DNA of 64,000 bases, from contig OW569371.1 of NCBI GenBank assembly GCA_937625935.1, positions 62,001 through 126,000 on the forward strand, written 5' to 3'. This document shows positions 12,039-23,244 of this stretch, piece by piece. Below the pieces are notes generated by a model. The model searched no databases, was not told the DNA's origin, and saw only the letters and a program-made list of their open reading frames with translations. Numbering within the stretch: the stretch's first letter is position 1; every line of letters starts with the position of its first letter. Both the position numbers and the translations under genes were made by a program. This DNA comes from Tetramitus jugosus (Eukaryota > Protista > Heterolobosea).

Positions 12039-14114
12039 CTAAAGGAAGACAACTTTATTCTTCCTGATGAGCTTGTTGTAAACATCGAGCTCGAAACCGA
12101 CGTGGTTCACAATGTCTTCTTTGATGGCAGCAATGCCGCTGTGTGACTGTGAACTGACCATCAACGGTTTCAATTGGGAGCTGGATGGTTGCTCAATCTT
12201 ACCCTCAGATGCGAGTCGATTGATGAATTGAGCGTAATCATTTCTCAGCTTGTAAACCATTCTGGCCAAGTTCTCAACGAACACAGTATCAGTCTTGGTG
12301 AGCACGATACGATAGTCAACTCCAGCGGTTTCAAACAACTCCATCATCTCATAGTCAGGGAACTTGAATCCATGACGAGAATCAATCAACAAATAAATCA
12401 TCTTCAAATTGGGGCTACTCGTAAAGTAATCTCTCATCAATTGATTCCACTTTGCAATCTGATCGGGCTCTGCAAACGCAAAACCATAACCCGGCAAATC
12501 CACCAAGCTAAAAATCTTTCCCACACGATAGAATGCGACATCTCTCGTCTCACCAGGTCGATCACTCGTCTTCATAATCTTACGCCGAATAATCGAATTA
12601 ATGAGACTACTCTTACCAACATTCGATCGACCAGCAAAAGCAATCTGTGGCAGCGTAGCATTCCTGTTTGATTCATTCGGAGAACAATACTTGGCAAAGT
12701 CCTTCTTCTCATTCGCAGATCCAATCTTTTGCATCACATGATCAAACACCCAATTCACATGATCAGGGCAGACACAATCCGGTTTTGGCAAGTTCAATTT
12801 TTGATTCGAAATTTGGTATTGAAGCAATCGATTCTTCTCCTTCTTGGACGACGCACTCTGTTTCATTTTTCGTTCCATTTCTCTTCGCATATGCTTCTCA
12901 ATCACACCTCTCTTATTGAGAATGGCTCTTCGGATGCGTTGTGCCTCCAACACTGGATTCGTATACTCATCCTCAATCATTTTCATTGTCATTATCTTGT
13001 TTGTCATTGCACTTCGATTCTTCTTTGGACTTTTCTTGTCTTTCAAGTGGTGATTTTCATCATTTTTCTCATCTAGACGATACTTTTGTAAATCAACATC
13101 ATTAAACTGTTCATCTACAATGGCGTCTAATTCTGATGAACTCATGCCCAATTCTCTTTCAATATCATCCCATTCTTCTTCTTCTTCTTCCTCACCTTGT
13201 TCATATTCAACATTTTCTTCTTCACCTTGTTCTGCTTCCAAAAATCGATGATCATCCAATTCTTCTTCTTGTTCTACTGCTTTTGAATCATTAAGATCGT
13301 ACTCTTTCATACCATCCTCATCCTCACCATCATTATCATCATATTCATCATACTTTTCTTCATTCATATAATTCTCCATGCCTATAAAGTGCAAATTGGA
13401 TGATTTTGAAGTACCTTGATCAGACACCAATAGATTCTTCTTCTGCTTCTTCTTCATTTGAAATTCTTCTCTTTTTCGTTCAATCATCTGCATGACTCGC
13501 TTCCTCTTGTCCCTCCTGTTTTTCACTTCACCAAATGACAAAATCTCAGAAATGATCTCTGGTCGAACAGGTATGGACTTGAATTGTTTATTGAGACTCG
13601 GGGATTGATCATCATTATCATCAACAATGTTAGAAGTGTTGTTTTTTTGTCTCAAGTGCCAAGAAGTGACTCGAATCACGGATTCAATCATTTTTTGTTC
13701 CTTGGAAAAGAGTTGGTGCTTGTTGGCGAGTTGTTGTGACATTTTTTCAACGAGAACATGTTCATCACTATTATTATTAAGACTATTATTATTATTGTTG
13801 TTCTTGTTATTGTTATTGTTGTTATTGTGATTTACTTTTTTTTTGTGATCAAATTGTTGATGTTTTGTTGAAGGTCTTTTTGGAAAAATAGAGGATGATG
13901 TTTTGTTGTTGTTGTTGTTGTTGTTGAGATGATACTTGTTGTTGTTGTTTTGTGAGTGCATTTTGGATAATAGTGCATCATAGCTATGATAAAACTGTTG
14001 TTTTGGTGAAAAAAAAGAGCCATTATTATGATTGGAGATGATTGTGGGTGAGGAGTGGTGACGGTGATGGTGGTAGTGAACCAAATGGAATGGTTTGTTG
14101 CGAATGTTGAGCAT
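12039..14114 (-). CDS. EngB/YihA/YsxC-family GTPase (GTPBP8-like) with long low-complexity N-terminus
   Basis: PQIAFAGRSNVGKSSLINS (G1), RPGET (G2), DLPGYG (G3) and TKTD (G4); likely start MLNIR at 14114. Confidence 0.88.
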   Translation of the reverse strand: MLNIRNKPFHLVHYHHHRHHSSPTIISNHNNGSFFSPKQQFYHSYDALLSKMHSQNNNNKYHLNNNNNNNKTSSSIFPKRPSTKHQQFDHKKKVNHNNNNNNNKNNNNNNSLNNNSDEHVLVEKMSQQLANKHQLFSKEQKMIESVIRVTSWHLRQKNNTSNIVDDNDDQSPSLNKQFKSIPVRPEIISEILSFGEVKNRRDKRKRVMQMIERKREEFQMKKKQKKNLLVSDQGTSKSSNLHFIGMENYMNEEKYDEYDDNDGEDEDGMKEYDLNDSKAVEQEEELDDHRFLEAEQGEEENVEYEQGEEEEEEEWDDIERELGMSSSELDAIVDEQFNDVDLQKYRLDEKNDENHHLKDKKSPKKNRSAMTNKIMTMKMIEDEYTNPVLEAQRIRRAILNKRGVIEKHMRREMERKMKQSASSKKEKNRLLQYQISNQKLNLPKPDCVCPDHVNWVFDHVMQKIGSANEKKDFAKYCSPNESNRNATLPQIAFAGRSNVGKSSLINSIIRRKIMKTSDRPGETRDVAFYRVGKIFSLVDLPGYGFAFAEPDQIAKWNQLMRDYFTSSPNLKMIYLLIDSRHGFKFPDYEMMELFETAGVDYRIVLTKTDTVFVENLARMVYKLRNDYAQFINRLASEGKIEQPSSSQLKPLMVSSQSHSGIAAIKEDIVNHVGFELDVYNKLIRKNKVVFL
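13768..13950. repeat. (AAT/AAC)n microsatellite encoding poly-Asn
   Basis: Trinucleotide runs visible in the sequence; similar coding tracts at about 16850, 17260, 19260-19460, 19800 and 40900. Confidence 0.8.
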
Positions 14115-14329
14115 GATGATGACTTTTATATGTGGTTGTTTTTTGAGTTTGAGTTTGTGTGTGGAAAGTCTCAAATTTGAACATGTGAAAATTGGTTGTG
14201 TTTGGCGGTTCCACTCGTGGGTTGAACTTTCATTCTCAGTGTACAGGAACATGGGGAGTTTACGGAGGGGGGATGGATGAGGTAACTTGAATGAGAGGCC
14301 AAAGTGTCTGAGAGTGAGTGCTGCCGAGT

Positions 14330-14602
14330 TCATATCAACACTCTGGGGGAACCTCTTTCAAACTTCAGAAGTACAGTTTCATATACCATGTACCAAGACA
14401 TGGCAGCAAAGAAGAGCGTTAGAATCATGGTTAAAAATTCTTCTCGATCAGTTGCCATCTCAACAGAATGAATCCCTTTCCAGACATTACGAAATTTGTT
14501 GGAAAAATTGAGCATCTGGGATGACGATTTTTGATGGATAGCTCGTTCTGAAATATCTTTCTTCATTGTAGTTCGAATATTATTTAAATTTTGTACTTTC
14601 AT
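14330..14602 (-). CDS. Small hypothetical single-pass membrane protein
   Basis: 90-aa ORF with one hydrophobic helix (FLTMILTLFFAAMSWYMVY); no homolog recognised. Confidence 0.35.
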   Translation of the reverse strand: MKVQNLNNIRTTMKKDISERAIHQKSSSQMLNFSNKFRNVWKGIHSVEMATDREEFLTMILTLFFAAMSWYMVYETVLLKFERGSPRVLI

Positions 14603-15107
14603 TGTGGAGGTTCAAGGAGTGGTTGCTGTATGATTCTGTTTGCTTTGGGGATTTAGGGAACAGGTGTTTGTTTGTCAAGCAAAGCATTCCATTTTCTCCA
14701 CATGAATTTTCTTTTTATAGGGGAACACAAAGCACTCTGTTGTTTCTTCTTCATGACCTTTTTGTGACTGTGACATTCGTCAGGCGCTAATTTCTGAAAT
14801 TAATTTTTCAGAAGTCTGCAGCAGTCGAAAAATACAGTAAGTTGCTGCTCGTGGGCTATTCTGGGTCAACCTCAAAATAAAGGTGTTTCACTAGCTCATC
14901 GGAGGAAGTTATCGGATGATGGGCTTCCAACTGAACTTCTATCCAGAGTCACCTCCATCAGTCATTTTTAGCAATAGGATCGTTCACTCCCAAATTGCCA
15001 CGAGAAAGGGAAACCGTTGATTGTGGTAGCAGAGTAGAGTTATTTGAGTTTTTGATAGTGAGAGATCGGACGAGTACAAAAAAGAAATACAATTCAAAAG
15101 AATTGAG

Positions 15108-16424
15108 ATGTCACAAGAGTTGTTAGAGCCCAACAATAGTACGATCAAGAATCCACAGTTCTCTCAAGGAGATTTGCAGTACATGAACAAAAGAATAGAA
15201 ACTTTTTCCTCTGATAAGAAAGGTACGGTCAGGGGTGAACTTGACTCCAATAGCTTGCTTCTTCCAGGTTTCTCTTGGCCACAAATTGTAAATCAAAAGC
15301 AGAAATTCTTCTCATCCAATGAGAACACAGGTACAACTGGTGCTTGGACAGTGTTCGATAACAAAGTGTATGATATAGCGCCCTTTATTCACCAACATCC
15401 AGGAGGTCAGCAGATTCTCAAGAACTACATTGGTAAAGACTGTACGAAAGCATTCAATGGATCCGAATACAATGACTCTCATATCCACAGTTCATCGGCC
15501 CTTGACATTTTGCAAGACTTTTTAGTTGGAAAGGTGATTGCAGATGATAGTGATGATGGAACTGGTAAAGGGATGGGAAATCAACAACATAAACCCTTGG
15601 AGTTGGATGGATCAGAATTGAGAAAGAGACTGACGCATCGACACAAGAGAACATATGGAATTGATATTGAAGAACCATTGATTCCACAAGTGATGGACAT
15701 GTCGACCAAGGAGTACTTGAAGTGGATCAATGACCCGTTCCCTGGAACAGCAAGACTGTTTCGCTTGAGTTGGATGGAAGATGCTTCACGGACAGCATGG
15801 ACAACAGTACCCACGGTTTGGGTACCATTTATACTATCCATGATTTACTTGTCTCTTTCGGTTCCAGAAAGTATGGGTCTACTAGCTCTCTTTATCTCGT
15901 TTTGTGTAGGCGAGCTTCTATGGATGTTGTTCGAGTATGGAATGCACCGATATGTCTTTCACTGGACTCCAAGACCCTTTAAGTTCTTTGAAGGTACAAG
16001 TATGACAGTGGAACCCATACCAGAAAAGTTCCTTCGAGTATTCCACTTTCTATTGCACGGTGTTCATCATGTGATGCCCATGGACGGTGACAGATTAGTC
16101 GCACCAATCTTGTTCTCATTCTCCCTTGTTTCCCTGTTTGTCCTAATACCATTTATCATACCACTATGTATGATTGTTTACAGTCTGAACAGGCATCTAT
16201 TTGGACTGTTATTGTCATGGGTATTTGGAGCAGCAGCTGGTATGGCCAATGGATACTTGAGATACGATCTGATCCACTACTTTTTACATCATGGAGAATC
16301 AACACTTCGACCTATTCAATACCTCAAATCGAAACACATGGCACACCATTATGATGAACAGTGCCACGAAAGGTACTTTGGTGTATCGAATCCCTTGCTT
16401 GACTTTGCCATGGGAACATCCTAA
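15108..16424 (+). CDS. FA2H: Fatty acid/sphingolipid 2-hydroxylase with cytochrome b5 domain (Scs7/FA2H)
   Basis: b5 motifs VYDIAPFIHQHPGG and HSSSA; His boxes EYGMHRYVFH, HFLLHGVHH, YDLIHYFLHH and HMAHHY. Confidence 0.92.
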   Translation: MSQELLEPNNSTIKNPQFSQGDLQYMNKRIETFSSDKKGTVRGELDSNSLLLPGFSWPQIVNQKQKFFSSNENTGTTGAWTVFDNKVYDIAPFIHQHPGGQQILKNYIGKDCTKAFNGSEYNDSHIHSSSALDILQDFLVGKVIADDSDDGTGKGMGNQQHKPLELDGSELRKRLTHRHKRTYGIDIEEPLIPQVMDMSTKEYLKWINDPFPGTARLFRLSWMEDASRTAWTTVPTVWVPFILSMIYLSLSVPESMGLLALFISFCVGELLWMLFEYGMHRYVFHWTPRPFKFFEGTSMTVEPIPEKFLRVFHFLLHGVHHVMPMDGDRLVAPILFSFSLVSLFVLIPFIIPLCMIVYSLNRHLFGLLLSWVFGAAAGMANGYLRYDLIHYFLHHGESTLRPIQYLKSKHMAHHYDEQCHERYFGVSNPLLDFAMGTS

Positions 16425-16682
16425 CGTATTCTCATCTAGAATGCAACCAAAGGTCTTACATGTCCGTGGAGAAATAAAAACTGTATTCTCTGACCGGTTT
16501 TGCCCTATTTCGTAAATCAAGCGTTTGTTTCAATATCTGAATTGTCCACTGACACTTGATGGGAAGGTGTCAAGAAAACGAAGAACCCCCGAAAACAAAA
16601 CACACTCGCGCAAATACTAACATCATTATACTTTCTCTCTCTAGAACATACCATTCAACCGTCCAACCACGCATACACGCAA

Positions 16683-18416
16683 ATGATTGACTGTGAAGTG
16701 ATAGAAAATGTGGACAGCAGTGGCATCAGCGACGATGACAGTTTACTCTCCGCTTCACCTGCCATTTCTCCGACTTTTTCTATTTCTCCACTGCCCAGTT
16801 CGAGCGCGAACTCAATCAACTACAGTCCCGACAATCACACCACCAATAGCAACAGCAGCAATCATAGCAATAATAATCATAACAACAACAACAATAATAG
16901 CAATCATCAAACACGCCCATCCATCAAACCATCATCTATTCAATTACTAAGTGAGCATGAGTACATGGAGACTGATCTATCTCAATACGATTACAACACG
17001 TCTCACTTTCAAAAACGAATCAAAGTTCTCAGCGACAGAATTGATCTCGAATTTGAAATGTATGGCGTCGAAAAACAATTTGAAAGAGATTCCTATCTAT
17101 GGCTAAAAACTTTACAAAATCCTGAATTGCCCTCACTGGGTCGCATGCTTCAACGCATTTTTACAGTGTTGAGATATGGAGGATTGTTGTATCGTTCGAG
17201 AGAACATGCTCATCGGAATAGTGATGAACATGCATCAGACAAGAATCATGATGATACTAGTAATAGTAATAGTAATAGTAGTAATAGTAATAGTAGTAGT
17301 AATTTAATAGATTGGAAATTTTGGAGTGATAATGGATATCCAATTGCTTCTGCGTTGAGTCATGGAAGTCGTATCATTATTCAACTACCCAAATCACCTC
17401 TTCCTCCATCGAATGATGACTATGATCATTCGTTTTGGAAATGGTTGATTACTGGTGATGCACAAGGTGATTTATCAAAGTACATGTCAACGGGAACAAG
17501 TGGCTCCGATGCGACCATTGAAGGAAAAATCTTGTTTAAGCGTCTTGGTGCTACTCATGCACTAGAGTACATGAATGAGGAACAATTGAAGAATTTGGAC
17601 AGTAAAAAGAACCAGCAACATCAGAGTAGTAGTGATGATTGTAATTATAGGAGCAGTCGATATGATTTGGAAGATGGAAAATATAATCTTCGATTGCCCA
17701 AGGGCCGCAGAAAGTTGTTGCTGGAAACAAAGACGAGTGGCCTGACGCTACGAGACACCAAATTCTTTCGCAGTGCCAATCATACACTGACTCATCATCG
17801 GCATTGGGGCATGAATCTTCCATTGGGCGGTGCAGGTGAGCGTTCCATGTCTGGAAAGTATATTGAGGCCAATGGTGAACATGGTCATCTCTATCTGTAC
17901 TATATGGCACCAAAGAATGATCGTTTTGGAGGTGTAATGCTCGGTGTGGAGGGAAGTGAGTACGGCAAGTATGATCAAGCAGCTAATTTTCATGGTTTGA
18001 GCGCAAAGTCTGGTGCATTGGGTCCTACGTTCGGTTACAAGTGGCACAATAAGAAGGGTCATCGTGATCTGAGTGACATTGTAGGAACACCAGACAAGTA
18101 CAATTCCTTGTTGATTGATTTAACGAAAACGGGTTGGGAGTTTTTGGTTGAGAAGAACAAGAGGGAGTGGAGTGATTCGTTTGTGACACAGACCTCCCTG
18201 CCTGTTGATGATATATCTGCTACAACAACCACATCGACATCGACAAACAATCAAAGACCGAGATCCTTTTTGCAAACCAATTTTGAAACAGTGCGCAACA
18301 GAGCACTTACGACAATTAAACGAGCTGCTTCCGACGTGTCTCCTACTAACAGAGGAGCCGAATTCAACAATCAACAAGAGAAACAAGAGAAACGTGATGA
18401 CGACCAGACCTCATAA
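16683..18416 (+). CDS. Probable Ntox11 (polymorphic toxin-type) domain protein with low-complexity N-terminus
   Basis: Motifs ALSHGSR (H-GxR), RLGATH (RxxxoH), HWGMNLPLGG, NGEHGHLY and GVEGSE (GxE) fit the Ntox11 motif set as I recall it. Confidence 0.65.
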   Translation: MIDCEVIENVDSSGISDDDSLLSASPAISPTFSISPLPSSSANSINYSPDNHTTNSNSSNHSNNNHNNNNNNSNHQTRPSIKPSSIQLLSEHEYMETDLSQYDYNTSHFQKRIKVLSDRIDLEFEMYGVEKQFERDSYLWLKTLQNPELPSLGRMLQRIFTVLRYGGLLYRSREHAHRNSDEHASDKNHDDTSNSNSNSSNSNSSSNLIDWKFWSDNGYPIASALSHGSRIIIQLPKSPLPPSNDDYDHSFWKWLITGDAQGDLSKYMSTGTSGSDATIEGKILFKRLGATHALEYMNEEQLKNLDSKKNQQHQSSSDDCNYRSSRYDLEDGKYNLRLPKGRRKLLLETKTSGLTLRDTKFFRSANHTLTHHRHWGMNLPLGGAGERSMSGKYIEANGEHGHLYLYYMAPKNDRFGGVMLGVEGSEYGKYDQAANFHGLSAKSGALGPTFGYKWHNKKGHRDLSDIVGTPDKYNSLLIDLTKTGWEFLVEKNKREWSDSFVTQTSLPVDDISATTTTSTSTNNQRPRSFLQTNFETVRNRALTTIKRAASDVSPTNRGAEFNNQQEKQEKRDDDQTS

Positions 18417-18658
18417 ACCTGTACAACATTAAATGAACTTTGTTGTTCAACGATTGCTTGTTGCTTTTTATTCATCATGTTATTTTTGACACTGACACCT
18501 CTCCTGTGTGCCATGTCACACATGCGACATCTTGATGTATACTCGATTGATGAGTGAGAATGACTCGCGGCATGCTTAGAACAAAAGTTGAATCACATTG
18601 GCTTTTTCGACTTGTCTCACAAAAAGATTGATTCAAATATTCATTCACACACGCGCAC

Positions 18659-19900
18659 CTAATCTGAATCACTATCCGAGTCACTCTCATCAGACGAACT
18701 ATCATCATCACTCTCACTACTATCATCATTCAACTCACCGACTTGTCCATTCAGTGCTCTAGGTTGCGAAGCATTTCTTACAATCGATTCAGCAAGTTGT
18801 TCCGACAACAATGGTATCTCGCCCTTCATCATGGCTGAGAACTGATCCATGTCATCATCATCTTCATCGTCATCATCATCATTATTATTATTATCCTCTC
18901 CACCAACACTATTCGTGACCACACTATTTCTATCCTCTCCAAATGCAGGATACCTCTGATCTTCATCCTCATCATCATCAATCAATTGTCTTCTAGCTAC
19001 TGGTTCATGGAACATGTCACCCACTCTTCTAATTTTTGTCGGTGTAGGTGTAATGGCCAAATTGTGATCCACAACTGATGATGATGATGATGATGTTTCA
19101 GAATGATGATTCTCTTCAACACCACCACCAGTACCACCACCAACATGATGATGAGATTGTTGAAAGAGACGTGCAAAATGATCTTCTTCATCTTCATTAG
19201 CACCGAATCCATCATCCAAATGATCATTTTCTTCCACTGTTCTCATCATCATCATCATTCCACTATTATTATTATTTTTGTTGTTATTATTATTTTTGTT
19301 ATTATTTTTTGTAGATTGTTGTTTCGATAAAGAAGAAGAAGAAGAAGATGAACGACTCTTTTTTTCAACACTACCACTACTACTACCACTACTACTACTA
19401 TGACTCGCCACTGTCGTAAAACTATTATAGTTATTGTTTTGAGAAGAAGAAGAAGAAGATGGAGCCACTTTTCGTTTTTTTGCCTCTTCTCCACTCATTT
19501 TTTTCAAATGACTCGTCGTAGCAAACACTCGTTCCAATGTAAACGTTTGACTCACCGGATCAAAAATCAAGACACAATCCGTTCGACCCTGTATCACATT
19601 TTGTTTATCTGTTGTGATTTGTGCTTCATACTTTCCTGTAAAACTTGAAATGTTATTGTTGTTTTGATTAGTGGAAGTGGTGGTGGAAGTGTTGAAATCA
19701 ATGTCTACTCGTGAATCACTGTGATAGAGTGTTCCGTTTTGTTCCTTTTGGAGACTGGCTGGTTTGAAGTCGTATCGGAAAATGTGATAATGGTCGTTAC
19801 TAGTATTATTATTATTATTGTTATTGTTATTGTTGTTGGAAGTGAAGGAATTGCCGAGTTGGATGCTGTATGATTGATTGAGTTGAGGTGCAGTGTTCAT
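18659..19900 (-). CDS. ELL-associated factor (EAF) family protein
   Basis: YHIFRYDFKPASL...FTG...DCVLIFDPVSQTFTLERV; Ser/Asp-rich C-terminus (SESDDDSSSDESDSD). Confidence 0.82.
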   Translation of the reverse strand: MNTAPQLNQSYSIQLGNSFTSNNNNNNNNNNNTSNDHYHIFRYDFKPASLQKEQNGTLYHSDSRVDIDFNTSTTTSTNQNNNNISSFTGKYEAQITTDKQNVIQGRTDCVLIFDPVSQTFTLERVFATTSHLKKMSGEEAKKRKVAPSSSSSSQNNNYNSFTTVASHSSSSGSSSGSVEKKSRSSSSSSSLSKQQSTKNNNKNNNNNKNNNNSGMMMMMRTVEENDHLDDGFGANEDEEDHFARLFQQSHHHVGGGTGGGVEENHHSETSSSSSSVVDHNLAITPTPTKIRRVGDMFHEPVARRQLIDDDEDEDQRYPAFGEDRNSVVTNSVGGEDNNNNDDDDDEDDDDMDQFSAMMKGEIPLLSEQLAESIVRNASQPRALNGQVGELNDDSSESDDDSSSDESDSDSDSD

Positions 19901-20255
19901 TGCGTTGCTTTTGTTTGGTTTGTTGTTTTTTTTGGCGAGTGTGAGTTTGTTGTGTTCTGGTTTTTTTGAGTTTGGAGCATGCACAAAGTAAAGTGAGAAG
20001 AAGTTCTAAGTGTATGTGACCATTGAAGGATTGATTTTGAGTTTATCCAGCTAAGAAGGCTGCGAAAGCACCAAAGTCTGAGCATGAAAGAAAATGTTAG
20101 AAGTTTCCACGAGTACACTGTCCTTCTGTAACAATGGACCGATAGATTTTATTTAATCAAGTTTTATTTAATCAACTGTCTCACAAGAAGACTATGGGTC
20201 CAAACTGTCACCATGAGTTCAGAACAATAGGAACTACTCTAATGAAGCAATTGCT

Positions 20256-21875
20256 TTAGATACATTGATAATCGACTTTAGCTATCCATGTGGTTGTTCT
20301 ACCCATATTATAATCTAATCCTCCATTTGTGATTACAACAAAGTCACCAACTACACCTTTCACAGTAATGTTCTTGAAGAAAAATCCACCAGCCGGTCCA
20401 ATTCTTCGTTCAGGGAGATCTCTGAGGAAAGTCCACATATTCTCAGTTGGATCATATTGTATGACTGTTTTCAGCACATTCTCTCCTCGATTGTTTCGTC
20501 CACCGAACAGCACGAGTCTATCGTTGATTACAACTGTGGCTGGTTCTACATGGGATCTTGGTCCAGGCAAATTGGCTCTCTGTTCCCATTGATCGGTATC
20601 TACATTGTATCTGTGAAGGTAATTCACATCAAATGGTGCAGCATCATGCCCTGTTTGTCCTCCAAGTGCATAAATGTAGGATCCAATACTTTTAGCTTGG
20701 AAATGATTTCTTTTGTTTGGCATTTGAGCTTTGTTCTTCCATCCAGCCGTAGTATTCAACAGATCCAAAACCCAGTGATCAGCACTGTCATCGTTTCTGT
20801 TGATCAATCCACAAATGTAATGCAATTGGTGGTTCTTATCTACAACAACTCCACCACTAGCCCTGGGAGCAGGGAGATTCGGCATCGCATCCCATTTGTT
20901 ATCAATAGTATCATATCTCCAAACTTGAGCCGTTGGATTTCCTGGATGTGGTCCAACGAATCCTCCAGCAATGAAAATGTATCTTGCTGGTCCAATCGGT
21001 GGATTAGTCCATGCTGCAGACTGAATATGACTTGCCTGTATAGGGGCAGGTGCTCCTGTTGACCATGAGTCCGACGCAACGTTATAGATATCTACACGAG
21101 AGGATGGAACCAAATCATCGGTTGCGAACCCAGTGATCACATAGAGCTTGTTGTTTACTACAGCTGTTGCTCCTTCGACATGAGCAGCTGGTGCGGAAAC
21201 TCCAGAGAACCATTCTCCTATTACATTTGTACATCTACCTGGTGGTGGTGGTGTTAATGATGGTAATGGTGATGGTAGTGGTGGTGATGAGGAGGAGGAT
21301 GAGGCTGTTGGTGCTGGAGATGGTGATGGAGTGGGCGGTGATCCAGTCTTTACAATCTCAATAGCTGCGATAATAGGATTCTGAGCAATACGATCTAGAA
21401 CAATGGATATCCTACCTGACCCGTCTGGTGAACAACCAAATGTCTTGATCAGTGCATTGGACGCTCCTGCTTCGGCATATATATCCATAGGTCCATATAC
21501 GAAGATCCCATTAATCAGAATATTGAACTTTCGAATACCATTACTGTACGCACCATTCCACATTTCTGCAAAGTGCAACGAACAGTAGTAACTTCCAAGA
21601 TCAACATTGGAAAAAGTGTAAGTAAAGGCAACGGCAGTATTGTCGCTGTATCTTCTCGTTTGATACAATGGGTCATCTTGTGTGTTTCCCACTGGATCAG
21701 GAATGAATGAAGATGGTCCAGTGTTGTAAAAACCTTGATCTGACAACCATGTTCTCCCAAGTTGGTCTACATAGTTGCCTCCTCCACAGTTAATTCGGTA
21801 GGTATCTGCAGCACCAGTAAAATTCACCCAACAAATAATTAGAATAATGAATAGTATGGTAGTTTCACTCTTCAT
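20256..21875 (-). CDS. Secreted malectin-domain + Kelch-repeat beta-propeller protein
   Basis: Signal peptide; malectin motifs YRINCGG, LYQTRRY, LHFAE and RKFNILING; Pro/Ser linker; about 6 Kelch repeats (GG...Y...W). Confidence 0.88.
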   Translation of the reverse strand: MKSETTILFIILIICWVNFTGAADTYRINCGGGNYVDQLGRTWLSDQGFYNTGPSSFIPDPVGNTQDDPLYQTRRYSDNTAVAFTYTFSNVDLGSYYCSLHFAEMWNGAYSNGIRKFNILINGIFVYGPMDIYAEAGASNALIKTFGCSPDGSGRISIVLDRIAQNPIIAAIEIVKTGSPPTPSPSPAPTASSSSSSPPLPSPLPSLTPPPPGRCTNVIGEWFSGVSAPAAHVEGATAVVNNKLYVITGFATDDLVPSSRVDIYNVASDSWSTGAPAPIQASHIQSAAWTNPPIGPARYIFIAGGFVGPHPGNPTAQVWRYDTIDNKWDAMPNLPAPRASGGVVVDKNHQLHYICGLINRNDDSADHWVLDLLNTTAGWKNKAQMPNKRNHFQAKSIGSYIYALGGQTGHDAAPFDVNYLHRYNVDTDQWEQRANLPGPRSHVEPATVVINDRLVLFGGRNNRGENVLKTVIQYDPTENMWTFLRDLPERRIGPAGGFFFKNITVKGVVGDFVVITNGGLDYNMGRTTTWIAKVDYQCI

Positions 21876-22147
21876 TGTTTGTAATTGTTCAATGAGTTAT
21901 GAGTATTAAATACAATAATATTGAGAGTCAATAACATGCCAGATTCGGTGGATGTTTTCGGCTCTGCTTATTTTTTCCTTTCAGTGGGAGCTTTTCAGCT
22001 CAACTTGAACGAATTCCAGTGATGGGTGGATGCCGGTGGAGTTTTTGAGCATTATTTCACCGGTCAGACTTGAAGGAGTACTTACGGCCGATTTACAGAA
22101 GAATCAACCTGTTCTGTCCTAGATGCGATCAATACCGAGATCCTTTA

Positions 22148-23014
22148 TTATACAACTCCACAGGAAGCACTTTGCTGTATCATGGTCTCTGAACGATCAG
22201 GAATTGTGAAGACACGATCTGGGTCATATCTGATAATCGTGTCTTCATCATGTGTGATATATCCGAGCTGATTGGAAGCAACAATCGTACAAGTATGGTA
22301 TGGAGTAGCAACACTCAAATTGGCATTTCTATGTGTATGACCAAAGCCCCAAAATGTTACACATGGCTTCATCACGTGACTCACATCTGATGCCATGCCA
22401 CAAGATATAGAATCTTCGCTTGGTAACACTGTTCCTTTCACAATCGGAGAGTGATGCGTTAAGACACATACTGTTTCATTTGGGTTATCCATCGATAGAT
22501 CAATCTCTGATTTCAACCACTCGACTTCTTCTTTGTGCCATTGCACCGTATCTTGCACAGTAATCCTTCTCGGTTCTAGTAACTTTCGCTCTGCAATCCT
22601 AATTAACCTATAGTCATTCATCACCTGTTGCATGAGCCTCCAGTCCCTAGGCAGAATATTGGTCCACAAGGTACAGCCCAAAAACTTGATACGCTTCTCA
22701 GTGTGAGGTATCGAATAGACATAGGATCTCTTGTCCAGAAACACCAAATGTTCATGTTGGTCACAAATCTGCTGAATTCGCTCCTTTGCTTCAAGCACTT
22801 CACTGTGATAGTACTCGTGATTCCCTGCAATGACAAACACCAACTGGAAGCGATCGGCTTGTTCCATGAGAAATTGTTCATAATTGGGATCAAATACCTT
22901 GCCAATATCGCCCAACAAACACAAGATGGGTGCGTTTTGAGGAATAGGAGGCATCTTTGAAGCAGCTTCTGGGAATTCTAGATGTAAATCCGAGGTCAGT
23001 TGTATGGCAATCAT
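22148..23014 (-). CDS. Calcineurin-like metallophosphoesterase
   Basis: SDLHLE, LGDIG, AGNHEYY, THHSP and FGHTH motifs. Confidence 0.88.
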   Translation of the reverse strand: MIAIQLTSDLHLEFPEAASKMPPIPQNAPILCLLGDIGKVFDPNYEQFLMEQADRFQLVFVIAGNHEYYHSEVLEAKERIQQICDQHEHLVFLDKRSYVYSIPHTEKRIKFLGCTLWTNILPRDWRLMQQVMNDYRLIRIAERKLLEPRRITVQDTVQWHKEEVEWLKSEIDLSMDNPNETVCVLTHHSPIVKGTVLPSEDSISCGMASDVSHVMKPCVTFWGFGHTHRNANLSVATPYHTCTIVASNQLGYITHDEDTIIRYDPDRVFTIPDRSETMIQQSASCGVV

Positions 23015-23244
23015 TCTTGTTCTCTTTTTTGTTGATTGGATGAACTGGAAGACAGTTCCCGCGATAGGAACGCCAAAAAACATGGCTTGCACAACTCAAA
23101 AAAACTTTCTCGCCGTACTTGAATTGCCAATACAACGATTGTAACAGTCCTGCCTTCAAAGGTTGCAAAATTCAAAAAAAACTCAACTTTTTGTCATCAT
23201 TGATAATTGTGCAAAAAAAGAAAACAAGCATGCAACTGCACTCT

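Noticed and set aside
14790-15040. Short hairpins and C/D-box-like words in intergenic DNA
   Set aside because: No complete C/D box pair with a terminal stem or recognisable rRNA guide.
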